A DNA stretch of 64,000 bases, taken from positions 146,010,001-146,074,000 of the forward strand of contig OZ024741.1 of assembly GCA_964016885.1 (NCBI GenBank), read 5' to 3'. Below, piece by piece: positions 49,001 through 61,654 of this stretch. A model generated the notes under the pieces. That model was not told where the DNA came from and did not search any database. It saw nothing but the letters and a program-made list of their open reading frames with translations. This stretch comes from Eledone cirrhosa (Eukaryota). Both the position numbers and the translations under genes were made by a program. Positions within the stretch are counted from its first letter, which is position 1; each line of letters begins with the position of its first letter.

Positions 49001-49130
49001 AATTGTTTCTATTTTAGGCACAAGGCCAGTAATTTGAAGAGGAGGGGAAAGTTGATTAAATCGACCCCAGTATCTTACTGGTGCTTTATTTTATTGATCC
49101 CGTAAGGATAAAAAGCAAAGCTAATCTCTA
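49001..49130 (-). mobile_element. SINE fragment (ctttcatcc/gtcgataaaa family)
   Basis: ggcacaaggcc..gattaaatcgaccccagta..ctggtgctttattttattgatcccgtaagga; further copies at 49801-49990 and 63085-63235. Confidence 0.75.
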
Positions 49131-51047
49131 ATAATGAAAGCATTTGTTAGGTTCAGACCCATGCCAACACCTACTCCTGCTCTCATCCTGTTTTTTATTA
49201 TTATTTATTATTATTAAATCCCTCCAAGTTCCTGATTACTTTCAAAATGATTTGAAAACTATAGGTAGTGTCTTTCATTCAAAATAAGGAAATGAAAAAG
49301 GCAATATGTACATATTTATCTAAAAGCCTTTTATCATAATCCTATGTAAGAACCTTTAACTTATATTCTAAACACCAGCTTAAAATTGAGAGAGTTAGTC
49401 ATATTACTAAATCCCTCTGTATTCTGGATTTTCAAAATAATTTGAAAACCATTGGCAGTGTTTTTCATTAGAAATATATTTGACGATTCCACACCAGATG
49501 TCTGTAATCACAATGGTGGCTGGTCTTCTTTGTAATGTTATAGATTCCCTTGTTGGAGCTGGCTCAGCCTACCCTGGGTGAATTCCAACACAATTACAAG
49601 TAAAAATAATAAGCATGTATCATAGGAAATATAATGTACCATAGGAAGTGTAAATTATTATGAGAGGTATAACATACTAGAGGAGGTATAATGATGAGAA
49701 CTGATTTAGTTTACTGAACTAAACACACATTTTCTGTTTAATGCAACTTGGAGATGGGAGAATTCTACCAGTATGGCGTGCTCTACATATAAGGCAGAAA
49801 TAATTGTTTCTAATAGAGGCCCAAAATTAGTCATTTTGGAGGCAGGAAAAGTCAATTAAATCAACCCAAGTACTTTACAGGAACTTTATTTTTTAACAAA
49901 CTTGTAACAAAAAAGGTAAAGATGACTTCAGCAGGATTTGAACCCAAAACATAAAGGCATTTTGTCAAATGCTCCAATGATTTCACCAACAATTTAATAG
50001 GTTATTAGGTCACAGATAGACATAAATTCACCATTACTCGAGGTATCTGAAATATCTGCATTTCAATGCTAATTAGTATTAGAGACTGAGAAATAGCGTG
50101 TATTGTCTGCATATAAAGCAGAGTTTTATACTTAGGATGGAAGATTAGAAATAAATGAAAGGAAATATCTGGAATAATCATCTTCTTTACAGTTAAAGAA
50201 AACCTTCATCTTATATCTTAATAATCATAAATATGATATTATGATAAATAAAGCTGATATCTAGAAATAGGATTCTCTAGATAAAAATTGAAATATCTCA
50301 GTGGATATGAACTTGGCAATCATCCACATATGGTTGATAGAATATTGGCAAATGTCACAATGCAATTAGAAACATATTTTCAATTTGATATTATCGCCTT
50401 TCTGAAGGAAAATCAGAACAATTCCATTACTATATCATAGGCAATTTGATAAGCAAGACATACATACTCCAGATAATTCAGAAATGTATGTAATAAGATA
50501 CTGAAAGCAGCTTAAACCTCTAAACAGCCTTGAATGATTTCACCAGAAGTCAAATGCCATTGACAAGGTATTAAATGTCATAGGTGTCTAAGAATTAACA
50601 TACATCAGAAAGAATACATCAAGATCACAAAGGTTGTGCTATATCTATTCCCCTGAGAATAACCATTATCTATTCTACAGAAAACATTGTGTATTTTTGT
50701 ACTGATTATGCACATAATTCATTACTTTTGTGAATATAATGTGTAATATGACAGAAAGAGGCTGGATGGACTACATATTTATTAGAGTAAATTAGTTTGG
50801 AAGTTTAGTTCCATTTATACCTGCTATCCATCTTACTATATAAATATATAGATGTTAAGGTGACTAAAACTTCCTATTAACATTCAGTAATTAGACCTTG
50901 AACTAAACAGTGAGTAACAATGCATTATTTAGTCATACTGTGAAGATTATTTTGGGTGAAAGCCCAAGTTACTAAAAGTGAATAAGTTTGATTTGAGGTA
51001 GATGTAAGAGATATTTTTATCCATTGGGGTAGATGTATTTAGAATAA

Positions 51048-51087
<40 letters not shown>

Positions 51088-51089
51088 AG

Positions 51090-51300
51090 TCCACACTGTT
51101 AAGTGGTTGTGTTACAACAAAAGCACCCATCACACACTGTAAATGTGGTTGGCATTAGGAAGGGCATTTAGCTGTAGAAACCAAGCCCAAAGCAGAACTG
51201 TATGAGCAAGGCATGGTCACCTGACCTGGCATTTCTCACATCAGGACAGCTTATCTAACTCATGCTAGCATGGAAAAATGGATGTTAAATGATGATGATA
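51090..51300 (+). mobile_element. RTE-tail SINE copy
   Basis: aaaagcaccc..cactgtaaatgtggttggcattaggaagggcatttagctgtagaaacc..catgctagcatggaaaaatggatgttaaa(tga)n. Confidence 0.75.
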
Positions 51301-51639
51301 TATATACATATATATAGTGAGAGAGAGATGGATATAAATAGATAGATAGGTAAAATCTAGAGCATGGTGCCAAGCAGTTTTGGCTTGTGTGGAAGCGTGG
51401 AAAAATAGATGTTAAACACTGATGATGATAATTATATATACAGTATATATATTTGATATTTCTTTTATTAACTGATTTATTAATTGGTTGATATTAGTTG
51501 AATTGATTTTATTGATAACCCGAATTGATTTGTTCCATTATTGCCAACACACTACAAAATCATTATCATCTTCGTGTTCTTCTTCTTCTTCTTCTTCTTG
51601 TGTGTGTGGGGTGGGGTGGGGTGGGGTGGGGAAGGGTTT

Positions 51640-52010
51640 CAAAGTTCTCAAACATGACTTCCATGCACATGATCTAACTGAACTCCAAGCAAGACTAACA
51701 GAGCTTATGGATGATATCCAACACAAATACATAATTTGGTTGATTTTGCCCATAAAATTTGTTCAGCGGTTCATTCTTGAGTCACTCTAAGCACATGCCT
51801 ATTAGAGCTGTGATCTCTCAATTCAGAGACATAGTGACTCTACCTGGAGTGACTCTCTAGTCTCCGAGCTATGCACTCTATCATTTTGGCTTTTGGTATT
51901 CTTTCCGTCATTACCCAAGATTATTGACCATAGGTAAAAGTTGGCCCGAATACTGAATTGAAGATAGCGACTTTAGGGTTTACAGCCACCTCCCTTTTTT
52001 GGCGACTGAA
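51640..52010 (-). mobile_element. RTE (Expander/Rex3-like) C-terminal fragment, decayed
   Basis: Minus translation KVAIFNSVFGPTFTYGQ*SWVMTERI resembles the PTLTYGHESWVMTERI thumb motif. Confidence 0.6.
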
Positions 52011-53089
52011 TGCTGAAGTATACTCTGCTTCTGAAATTCATTTCAGTAGTCATTGAGTAAAATAGTGTGTGGAATGTGGAATGTGGTATACAGTGCCATA
52101 GAGGCACGAAGCATCTGTGGAGTGTGATTTCATAAACCTATTTGTACATATATGTATTATAAAAAATAACAAGCAGAGATACAAAAACAATTAGTGTTAT
52201 TAGATTCACACTTTGGATAAAAAAGAGAAAAGAAGTTTAGCACATCGGACATTAGTAATTTATCAGGAGAGTACAATAATAGATAGATTAGAAAAAGGGG
52301 GACATGCGATTGTGTGTGTTGTTTTTAATTTTTGTCTGTATCACCATATATATTGGTGAAATGGTCTATACATTGTTCACGATGGTGTCTAAGTGTGTCT
52401 GGCTGTATTAACATTGCATATGAGGGTGGATGTCAGTGTACGTATCAAATATAAAAGAAATTATTAGAAACAAATATGTATCTATTCATTAAAAAAAACG
52501 AAACTGATCTGCAAGGTGGTCAGCTGAAGTTAAAATATATATAAAAACCCAGTTAAATTGTCATAGCAACCACACAATACAATGCTAAGTGAAAAATACA
52601 TGTATATATGTGTTGATGAGTGTGTGTCTGTGTATGCATTTCTACATGTTTGTTTATTAATAAGTGTGTTAAAGTTCTTTTGTTGTATGTGCAATGTATC
52701 TGAGTGTTTGTGAGTATTTCTATGTGGTGCAGCAATGTTGTATCTGTGTCAGTGCATGTATGGATGAAGAAGGGTACTGGATGCAGTGGGAAGAGCAGAT
52801 TAGAGGAAGAATGGCTGTGCAATTAGGCCATTGGGGTAGATGTATTTAGAATACATTGTTTGTGTATGTGTGTCTATCTTCTCCTGCTGCTGTGTCAGCC
52901 ATGAAACATTTCTCATCCCTTGATATTTGATTCAAGCATAAAATCAAATAACATCAGTATGAGTTCAAAATATAGTTCTGACCAAAATGTAACATTAACA
53001 TTTTTAAGCAATTTACTACACATTCATCAATAATATATTTTCACAGCATGTATTTGACTTCAAAGGTAAATTAAAATTATATATATATA

Positions 53090-54140
53090 CAGTGTGATGC
53101 AGATAAATCTGAAATGTTTACATGACAACAGTGCTGTGACATCACAGAACAGCAAGGTTTTGAGATAGCCATTAGAAAGTACTACACCTCAGTAGCTGTC
53201 TGGCCATTGACGCACAAGGTGCTTAATAATTGACATGTCTTCAGAATACAATCGTTGAGCTGCTGGTGTGGAGAGTCATCATGTTGGCCACAAAGCCAAG
53301 GAAATGATTGAATGGTTTAAATACCCTAAAATCATGGTTTATGACCTTGCAAAGGCATATGGGCCTTAGTCAACAAGGACAATTTTAGGACAGAATGCAA
53401 GATTCATAATAAAAGCTCTGGCACCACTAGGATGCCTGAGTTCATTGCTGATGTTGCTGAGGTTGTTAGGGAGGACCCCAGTAAAAGCATGAGGAAAATC
53501 GCTAAGAAAATGGGCACTAGCAGGTGAATAATCAGGCATATTGCCAAGGAGGACTTGAATTATAAATCTTATATGCTGAAGAGGTGCCACTTGCTCACCG
53601 AAGTACATAAGGAGGGGTGGAAGCTGAAAGTGTCAGCGACCTGATCAACGACCTCAAACACACAAACACCGGGATACTGACGTTCTTTTCCAATGAAAAG
53701 AATGTTGTCCAGGACATGAAACCAAACTGACAGAATGACAGGTGGTTGGATGAGTCCACTGACAAAGTGCCTATCATCATGCACTTGAAGTCTCTGACCC
53801 ATGTCATCATGCTTGGCATCTTTAGCAGGGAGGGGTACATCATGGAGCCTATCTTCATTGTTGATGGCCTCCACCTCAGTGGTAATAGCTACGTGAGGTG
53901 CCTGGATGAGCACGTCAAGCCCTGGATTGATAGGGTGGATAATGGATGGCCTTACATCTTTCAACAGGACTCAGCCCCCATCTTCATGGCCATAACCACC
54001 CAGGCCTGGCTCTTTGCTGATGTGCCATCTCATCATCAAACCGTAATCCTCTCAACTATTTTGTGTGGAGCATCTTGGAATGGGAGGTGAACAACACCAA
54101 GGAGGCTCTCAAACCAGCCATCAGGGACACCATGGCCAAA
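53090..54140 (+). mobile_element. Tc1/mariner (maT-like) DNA transposon remnant
   Basis: Starts TA|CAGTG; FSNEK, NDRWL, HVIMLGIFSREG, VKPWI..YIFQQDSAP..TQAWL, NPLNYFVW. Right TIR not found; an RTE fragment follows. Confidence 0.85.
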
Positions 54141-54920
54141 GGGAGTAGGCATAAACTCCATACGATGTACACAATGTAAATCTTGGGTACAGAAGAGATG
54201 TAGTGGGATGACAAGTAGACTAACAGGAAGACAGGAATTTGTATGTAGAAGATGTACAGGCGTAACTGAGAGGAAGAGAGCCAGTGATGTAAACCTATTC
54301 CAGTCAAAGGAAGGACCTATAGAAGTGGTTGATAGCTTCTGCTATCTAGGCAACTTATTCAGCCATGGAGGAGCATGCTCTGAGAGCATGATAGCTAGAA
54401 TAAGGATAGGATGGACAAGTTTAGAGAGCTACTTCCACTGTTTACCACAAAAGATTTCTCCCAACATACAAATAGACAACTGTATGACACCTGCATGCAA
54501 AGTGTGGGGCTGCATGGAAGTGAAACATGGGTTGTGACTGCAAAGAACATATGTAGACTGGAGAGAATTGAAGCTAACATGATCTGTTGGATGTGCAATG
54601 AGAGAAAGTCAGAGCTTTGATGTGGGAAAAGCTGGGTTTAAGAGGAATCTGAGGTGGTATGCAGAAGAGACGACGGCATTGGTATGGACATGTAATGCAC
54701 ATGGACAATGATCATTGGGTGAAGAAGTGCCAGGAAATACCACAATAGAGGTAAACCAAAAAAGACTTGGGCAGAGGTTGAGAGCTAATCTCAAATTACT
54801 GAGACTTGCAGAGGAGATGACAAAGGATCACGATGGGTGGAGAGATGTTGTGCTTAGAAGGACCCATCTAACCCGTGCAAGTGTGAAAAATGGATGTGAT
54901 GATGATTATGATGATAATGA
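54141..54920 (+). mobile_element. RTE C-terminal fragment, decayed
   Basis: Partial PHD finger (FVCRRC), VVDSFCYLG, KFRELLPL, LHGSETW, RTHLTRAS..(gat)n tail. Confidence 0.85.
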
Positions 54921-56094
54921 CAATATGATCAACAATCTTTCCAGATTTGGATCTTTTACTTGAGTATTTGTCTTGTGGCACCATTGTTGTATTTCAATAT
55001 ATTGTTTATCATAACTTGTCCTATGGACAGAGTGCCCCAACACCTTAGATATTATACTACAATTTATATGTAATTGTTTTTCACCGCTCCTATTAATGAT
55101 GTATTATATTCGTTTTTTCCCGTTCTTTGCCAGGGAACATTTCCACGAACCAAAGTATCGTCTTCCTGTCTTCCTCCGGTTGCAACAATTTTTGAAATAT
55201 CCACTTCTGCATTCACAGATTGACTTTGTTAGTTTCAGAAGATCCCGTTAAGGGGGAAAGCAGTGATTCTTTGCTTAAACTTTAATCTGTTATTTTAATA
55301 AATATATATAGATATATATATATATATACACACACACACATATAGTTTATAATTTAGCCTTGAAGTCAAATACATGCTGTGAAAATATATTTCTTTTCAT
55401 TGCCTCCCAGAATGTAATGAAACTCTGCTAAAGGAAAAATTAAAGGAAAAGTCAAGTCCCGCAGCATCTGAGTATACTATCCTGTTTATTATTTTAATGT
55501 AAACCAATGAAAGAAAGTTGGTTATCATGTGGTAGATTTAGTTGAAGTGATAGTAGCTATAGCAGATGTATTGACGTATATAATTGATAATTGTGTCACA
55601 AACAGTGAGATGTCTTTGCAAGAGACATGATATGAAAGAAAACATTTTATTGGAAATTCGAAAAAAAAATTTTTTAAATAATATCATACAAACTATTGGC
55701 TTAATGGAAATATATTTTCATGACATACATATAATAAATTCATATTTGGAGGTGACTAAGAAAATGTGAGAATAATTCTTTTTTATACATGCATGTATGT
55801 ATGTATGAATGTATGATTATATGTATGTATGAATGTATGTATGATATGTATATATGTATGCATGTAAATATGTGGGTATGTGTATATATATATATATTTT
55901 ATCCTGGGTTCAATCGCGGGTAACCATAGTAAGTAAGGTACTCAATACATAGCAGAGTATCAATATTTAATATATATATATATACAGTCAGTAGGCACCT
56001 CTAACAAAATACATCCCCGTCCAACTACCCCCACCCCATCCACACCACCCCTTTCAATGTAAAGTTATGTTGGTACCACAACATCCAGCCCAAA

Positions 56095-56357
56095 ACAAAT
56101 GAGGTCGTGTAGGTGTCATGACAAAAAAAACACACAGTCCACGCTGTAATGTGGCCGTGTAGGTAACACTGTAAAAACCTCCCAGCCCCACACTGTAAAT
56201 GTGGTTGGTGTTTGGAAGGACATCCAGCCGTAGAAAACCCGCCAGACAGTCCTATGCAAGCAAGACAACCACTCTTGCCTCAAGTGGGAAAACTCCCGTC
56301 CAAACCCATGCAAGCGTGGAATGTGGACGTTAAACGATGATGATGATGATGATGATG
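56095..56357 (+). mobile_element. RTE-tail SINE copy with two ~50-bp 5' modules
   Basis: gtcgtgtaggtg..aaaaaacacacagtcca / gccgtgtaggta..aaaacctcccagcccca / cactgtaaatgtggttgg..(gat)n. Confidence 0.8.
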
Positions 56358-57579
56358 ATATAATCATCATTATCATAACTGTTTAAAGTCCAGTTTCCAT
56401 ATTTGCATGGGTAAGACAGGCTGTCACATTATGAATCCATAGAGGACAGGTGACCATGTTTTGCTCGTTTGCTTCATTTTTTGCTTGGTTTTCTACAGCC
56501 GGACTCCCTTCCCGGTGCCAACTTTCTTTATCACGTGAAATGAGAGAGCAAATACCAGGCTACATGTTACTTGCTATGGGAGTGGGAGAGCAATCGACCC
56601 ATTACATATGTATATATAAATTTGTGTGTGTGTGCAGATGTGTATACATATATACGAATATATCAACATCATTTAATGTTCTCTTTCCTTGCTAGCATTT
56701 GACGGGTTGTCAAAGACTGGATCAATACTAAAGCCAAGCTATTGACCTCAAGATGGGCCACAGGCCTGCATCTCACACTCTAGGACATGGGCCCACATTT
56801 TATCCACATACATGTTTATGCTCTATCAAGTGTATTTTATTATGGTATTAGGGATGTAATATCTTTTACACAATTTCAGAGTCCTTTTAGCACTTTGTTT
56901 GGTAGGTTTTCTATGGCTTGGTACCCTATTGTCACCAATCATTTTACAGATTGTACTGCATACATTAATCATGTAGACCACCAATATTAGTCATGTTGTT
57001 ATGTTCCAAAATACTAGCTTAATAAGAAATGTGGTTATATTAACTCCCTCCAAATTATTGATTATTTTCAAAATGTCTTTCATTTAAAATATGTTAATGA
57101 ATAGGGTAAGCATATGAATATCATTCTCATCTCTCAAAAGTGCCCCCCAAAAAGGAAAGAGTTTGATATAGAAATTTAAACACAAAAATAACAGTTTGAA
57201 AAAGATGTTATCTTCAAAATTATATGATAAAAATCACCTTTGATTATATTTATCAGAAAGTCGGAAGGTAAAATTTCCATATTTATAAATTCCAAATAAA
57301 ATAACAAATAAATTAAGCTAATTGAAAATGTTTACCGGATAATTAATGATAATTTTGTAATTTATAAATCTATAGAGATGATGCCATTCTGTTATTGGTA
57401 AAACAAAACAAAACAAGATATAAGGCATTGAGTTCTCTGAAGAAGAAATATAACAATGAAAGTATATGATCATTATTCTTAAAATGACATGAAAATAATG
57501 TTGTAGTAGTAGTTGAAGTGGTTGTGGTGATGGTGGTGGTGGCAGCAGTAGCAGTAGTTGGAGGAGGAGAATAAAGTGG

Positions 57580-57660
57580 GAAGAAGAAGAAGAAGAAGAA
57601 GAAGAAGAAGAAGAAGAAGAAGAAGAAGAAGAAGAAGAAGAAGAAGAAGAAGAAGAAGAA
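57580..57660. repeat. (GAA)n microsatellite
   Basis: About 27 perfect GAA units. Confidence 0.97.
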
Positions 57661-58379
57661 ATTGAACCAGTGTTTATTAAATTCAAGTCAATATATCTTC
57701 TCAAATACAAACTGTGTTTGAAGGCACATGCTTCGATCTTGTGTTTAAATAATTAGATGAGTTAAATTTAATTGAACTCAATGTGTATTACAAGAAATTA
57801 TCAGAATGAATAATAATGAGAAAATAATCAAAGCCATAAGAAAGAAAAATTGACATAAATTTGTGGTTCTTAAGTTTTGCATTTTTTTTTATTTAGAAAT
57901 GTATTAGAAATACATAGGTTTTTATCTTTTCATTTAATCACAAGAACATGATTTCAATGTATTATTAATGTAAAATTTATTTTCACAAATTACATTATGT
58001 TCTGTTTAAAATGTGTCTAAGCCAAGTCATGTGAGTACAATCTAAATTCTTTGGAAATATTTCAAAATGGTTGGGATTAATAAAGATTCTTTACAAGAAA
58101 GAATCTTAAGCTTGTCTCAAATTGTAAATAAATTGCATATTCTAAATCCCTATTCAAATGGATAGAAATTATAGGGGAAACTTCCACATTAATTAATCAT
58201 CTAAAATGAAATTAAGATCATCTTTATGAAATAAATTCGTTACATTTGTACTAGTTGACTTGGAGGTTCAGATATTGAACACACAAATATCAATATGTAT
58301 GTATGTATGTGTGTGTGTGAGAGAGAGAGAATCTGTTAATAAATACACGTTAATAAATTCTTTTTTTGATTCTGCTACT

Positions 58380-58540
58380 GCTCACTCTCTCCATTCCTTC
58401 CTCTTTCACTCTCTGTCTTACTATTTCATCTTTAATTTCTCATTCTATTTTCTGATGAAGGGTTAGCGTCCAAAACATCAAGTATAAAACATATTTTTTC
58501 ATTGTACTCTGTTGTTATTTCAGTTTGCCTTTTGCATATA
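58380..58540 (+). mobile_element. pLTR-like element with decayed minimal hammerhead, ending in (TA)n
   Basis: tcattctattttCTGATGAagggttagcgtccAAAAcaTC (58452-58479), consistent with CpG decay of ccGAAAcgTC; same family as 45895-46100 and 60325-60420. Confidence 0.55.
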
Positions 58541-58579
58541 TATATATCTATATCAATCTATCTATCTATCTATCTATCT

Positions 58580-58755
58580 ATCATCATCATCACCATCATC
58601 ATCATTTTTCGTCCGCTTTTCCCTGCTTGCAAGGGTGGGATAGATACTGATTCTGGCTTAATTTCTACAGCTAGATGCCCTTCCTAACACCAACCTCATT
58701 TACAGTGAGTGCTGGGTGCTTTTTTTCCGTGGCACCTACACGACCACTTTGCAGT
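58580..58755 (-). mobile_element. RTE-tail SINE copy
   Basis: Reverse complement of the 42690-42865 type. Confidence 0.8.
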
Positions 58756-58789
58756 GGAATGATAGGGACCCCAGTCCCTATTATCTCCT

Positions 58790-58932
58790 TTCTACAGCTG
58801 AGTAAACTGGAGCAATGTGAAATAAAGTGTCTTGCTCAAGGAAACAACACATCACCCGGTCTGAGAATTGAACTCACAACCTTTAGATTGCAAGACCAAT
58901 GCTCTAACCACTAAGCCATGTGCCTCCATGCC
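58790..58932 (-). mobile_element. tRNA-derived SINE (CORE-like)
   Basis: Minus: tggcttagtggttagagcattgg (A box)..gtgagttcaatt (B box)..ttccttgagcaagacactttatttcacattgctccag. Confidence 0.8.
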
Positions 58933-58936
58933 TATA

Positions 58937-59117
<181 letters not shown>

Positions 59118-59196
59118 TTTTATCTTTTCATTTAATCACAAGAACATGATTTCAATGTATTATTAATGTAAAATTTATTTTCACAAATTACATTAT

Positions 59197-59567
59197 ATAT
59201 ATATATATGAAAAGTGTAATTTACTACACAAAACGAAGGTTATAGAGAAAATTGAGGTTGGTAATGGCACATGGAATATATAAGAGACAGAATACTTTTT
59301 TGTGAAAAAACATATAATTTTATAAGGTAAGGAAATAATAAAGGGTATAAAAAATGACCGGTTTCGATGGGTCTGCAAAAGCCATCTTTTCAAATGTTGA
59401 TTAATATTAAGAAAAATTAATAATAAGAAGAGTTAAAATTTGAGATTTGAAAATTCAAGTATAAAATTCATTGTGGGATTTCATAGTAGTTTTCATCTTG
59501 GTAACAGCTAGTTGACTGCTGTGTGCCTTTCTGGTACCAGAAAGGCACACAGCAGTCAACTAGCTGT
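59197..59567 (-). mobile_element. pLTR-like element with decayed hammerhead and a perfect 64-bp 5' palindrome
   Basis: Minus 59351-59398: aacat TTGAAAA GATGG..CCATC GAAA CCGG TC atttt; palindrome 59504-59567 centred on GGT|ACC; 3' end in (TA)n. Confidence 0.6.
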
Positions 59568-59688
59568 CACTGTAAATGAGGTTGGTGTTAGGAAGGGCAT
59601 CCAGCTGTAGAAATCAAGCCAGAATCAGTTCCCGTCCCACCCTTGCAAGCAGGGAAAAAGCGGACGTAAAATGAAATGATGATGATGA
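59568..59688 (+). mobile_element. RTE-tail SINE 3' part
   Basis: cactgtaaatgaggttggtgttaggaagggcatccagctgtagaaatcaagcc..cccacccttgcaagcagggaaaaagcggacgtaaaa. Confidence 0.85.
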
Positions 59689-61446
59689 AATTATATATAA
59701 GAGAGTGTTGAAGTTTGCTTGAAGCATTGTGGAATAATAAAATTGGTCGTTTTGTAAGCCTCAACAATGCAGATGGGTAAATCTCCAGGTAACAGAATCA
59801 GGTGGTAATGAGAGAGATGTAAGAGGAAATGTAGAATGAGACGTATAAGATGTAGAGGAACGTAAGAAAGAGTGTAAAAATAATAACACGAGATAGAGTT
59901 ACCTTGGAAGTGATTTAATTGTCCTTATATTTCGGATTTCACATCCATCAACTTTTCCAAGTGGGAAAGTTTTAGTTGGAGAGGAACAACATGTGGCCTC
60001 TGTTGTCTACCGTGTGTGTACAACTGAATTACTCTGTAGGGTGCGCGTGCATGTGGAATAGCTGCGGTCAGACAAAGGTCAAGGCAGTTCTTCTATACTA
60101 GAGTAGTGGGATGGTGATGTGTCCGTACGTACGCATCTTCGTACTCAATTTCTTCAGTCTTTGATACTGGCAGGTGTGGTATTGTATTAGTAGTCTGCCT
60201 GATTGTTGTTTGTTGGTCGGTGGATGGTAGACACACTATACACACAATAACAAATTGACAGTGAAGATGCAGTACAATACAAACTGTATTAGTTTGACCC
60301 TTGATATAGTAGGAAAAGAGTCTTTACTTTTCATCAGAAAATAGAATGAGAAATATAAGATGAGATAGAAAAATAACAAGTGAGAAGAGGAAAGGAGAAA
60401 AAGCACATGTGTTTCAGTTCTCCATGACTTGTGATCTTCTTGGACACCAAACTATGACTGCTTCTCTCTCTGACATACAGAAATACAGAAATAGATTGCT
60501 CTACTGACATAGCCTCATGATAGAAAATTATAATATTTGTAGTTTTAAAATACATCATATGCTGACTGATATTTGAGATGTATTTCAAAATAGAAGGTCA
60601 AATGTTTCTTGGAGAAAGGAATTGAGGCTAGATTTTGAGGTTGCTGGAATCTACTAACTAGATTACATAGTGTGTGTCTAAGACCTCTGTTGGTTCCAAT
60701 GACGAGAGTTCTAGTTGTATCATGAATGGAACAGCCATCTGGATTAAGCCCCTTTGAAGCCTTAAGCAGTTAAAATATCATGGCGTTCCACCCCACATGC
60801 ATAAATTCCACAAAAAAGAAAATCTGGAACGATACATATATTTAATTTGAATAAAATGGCGCTCCACTACAGCTGATCCCCTAAGTATGTGCATTCTTGT
60901 TTAATGGTTAATTCAGCCCTGTGAAAGTTCTGCTCATGATATTACTGTGCATGTAGCTGAGTATTCCATATGTATCTTTAACATAATCCTCAAGGAAGTT
61001 ATTTGTGACTGTGTGATAAGGATCATAAGCCTATCACCATGAACACTAAACCAAGGATCTTCATACAAGATGATACAGAATAAAGAATAATGCCTATATG
61101 CCGTATACTTGTCTGTCTCATATACACAAGAATAGAATGTTATGGGTGGATCCTTTCTTGGGTTTCACAAAAACATTCAGTTATCCAACTCATGGGTAAA
61201 TGTGTAAATGTTTGAGTATTCCACAGAGACATGTATCCTTAACAAGCCAAATCAGTTTGATGCAAAACAACAAGGTTGGATCTTTGAATTATAGGTATAA
61301 TGCATCTGACAGGCTTTCACACAGATTCTGTCTACCTACTTTCATTCACAAGGCTTGGGTTGGCTTGATGCTAAGGTAAAGACATTTGTCCAAAGAAATA
61401 CACAGATCAAACTTGTGACCTCACAATTATGAAACAAACTTCTTAA

Positions 61447-61654
61447 CCCTTTAAAATTTACATTACTCTATATATACTACTGTATTTTCACAATAAACAC
61501 TTTATCTCACATAATATCAGATCTATGAGATTATGTTGTTATTTATTTTGAGAACAACATCTTAACATCAGTATGAGTGGCCAGTTAAGGCTGGTTTGAA
61601 CAGAAAAAGGTGAGAGAATTCTGGCCAGATATAGTAGGTTTAAATGCTAAAGGG
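61447..61654. mobile_element. piggyBac-type MITE with TTAA target duplication, inserted in a SINE
   Basis: TTAA|CCCTTTA...TAAAGGG|TTAA; removing it restores caaacttcttaa-acactcagcca, the SINE head. Confidence 0.75.

Noticed and set aside
54960-55300. Second GIY-YIG remnant on minus (YIINRSGEKQLHI..VHR)
   Set aside because: Too degenerate to call without a search.
59920-59960. Hammerhead-like GGAT/ATCC-GAAATATA on minus
   Set aside because: The CTGANGA core, cleavage triplet and stem I are not recognisable.
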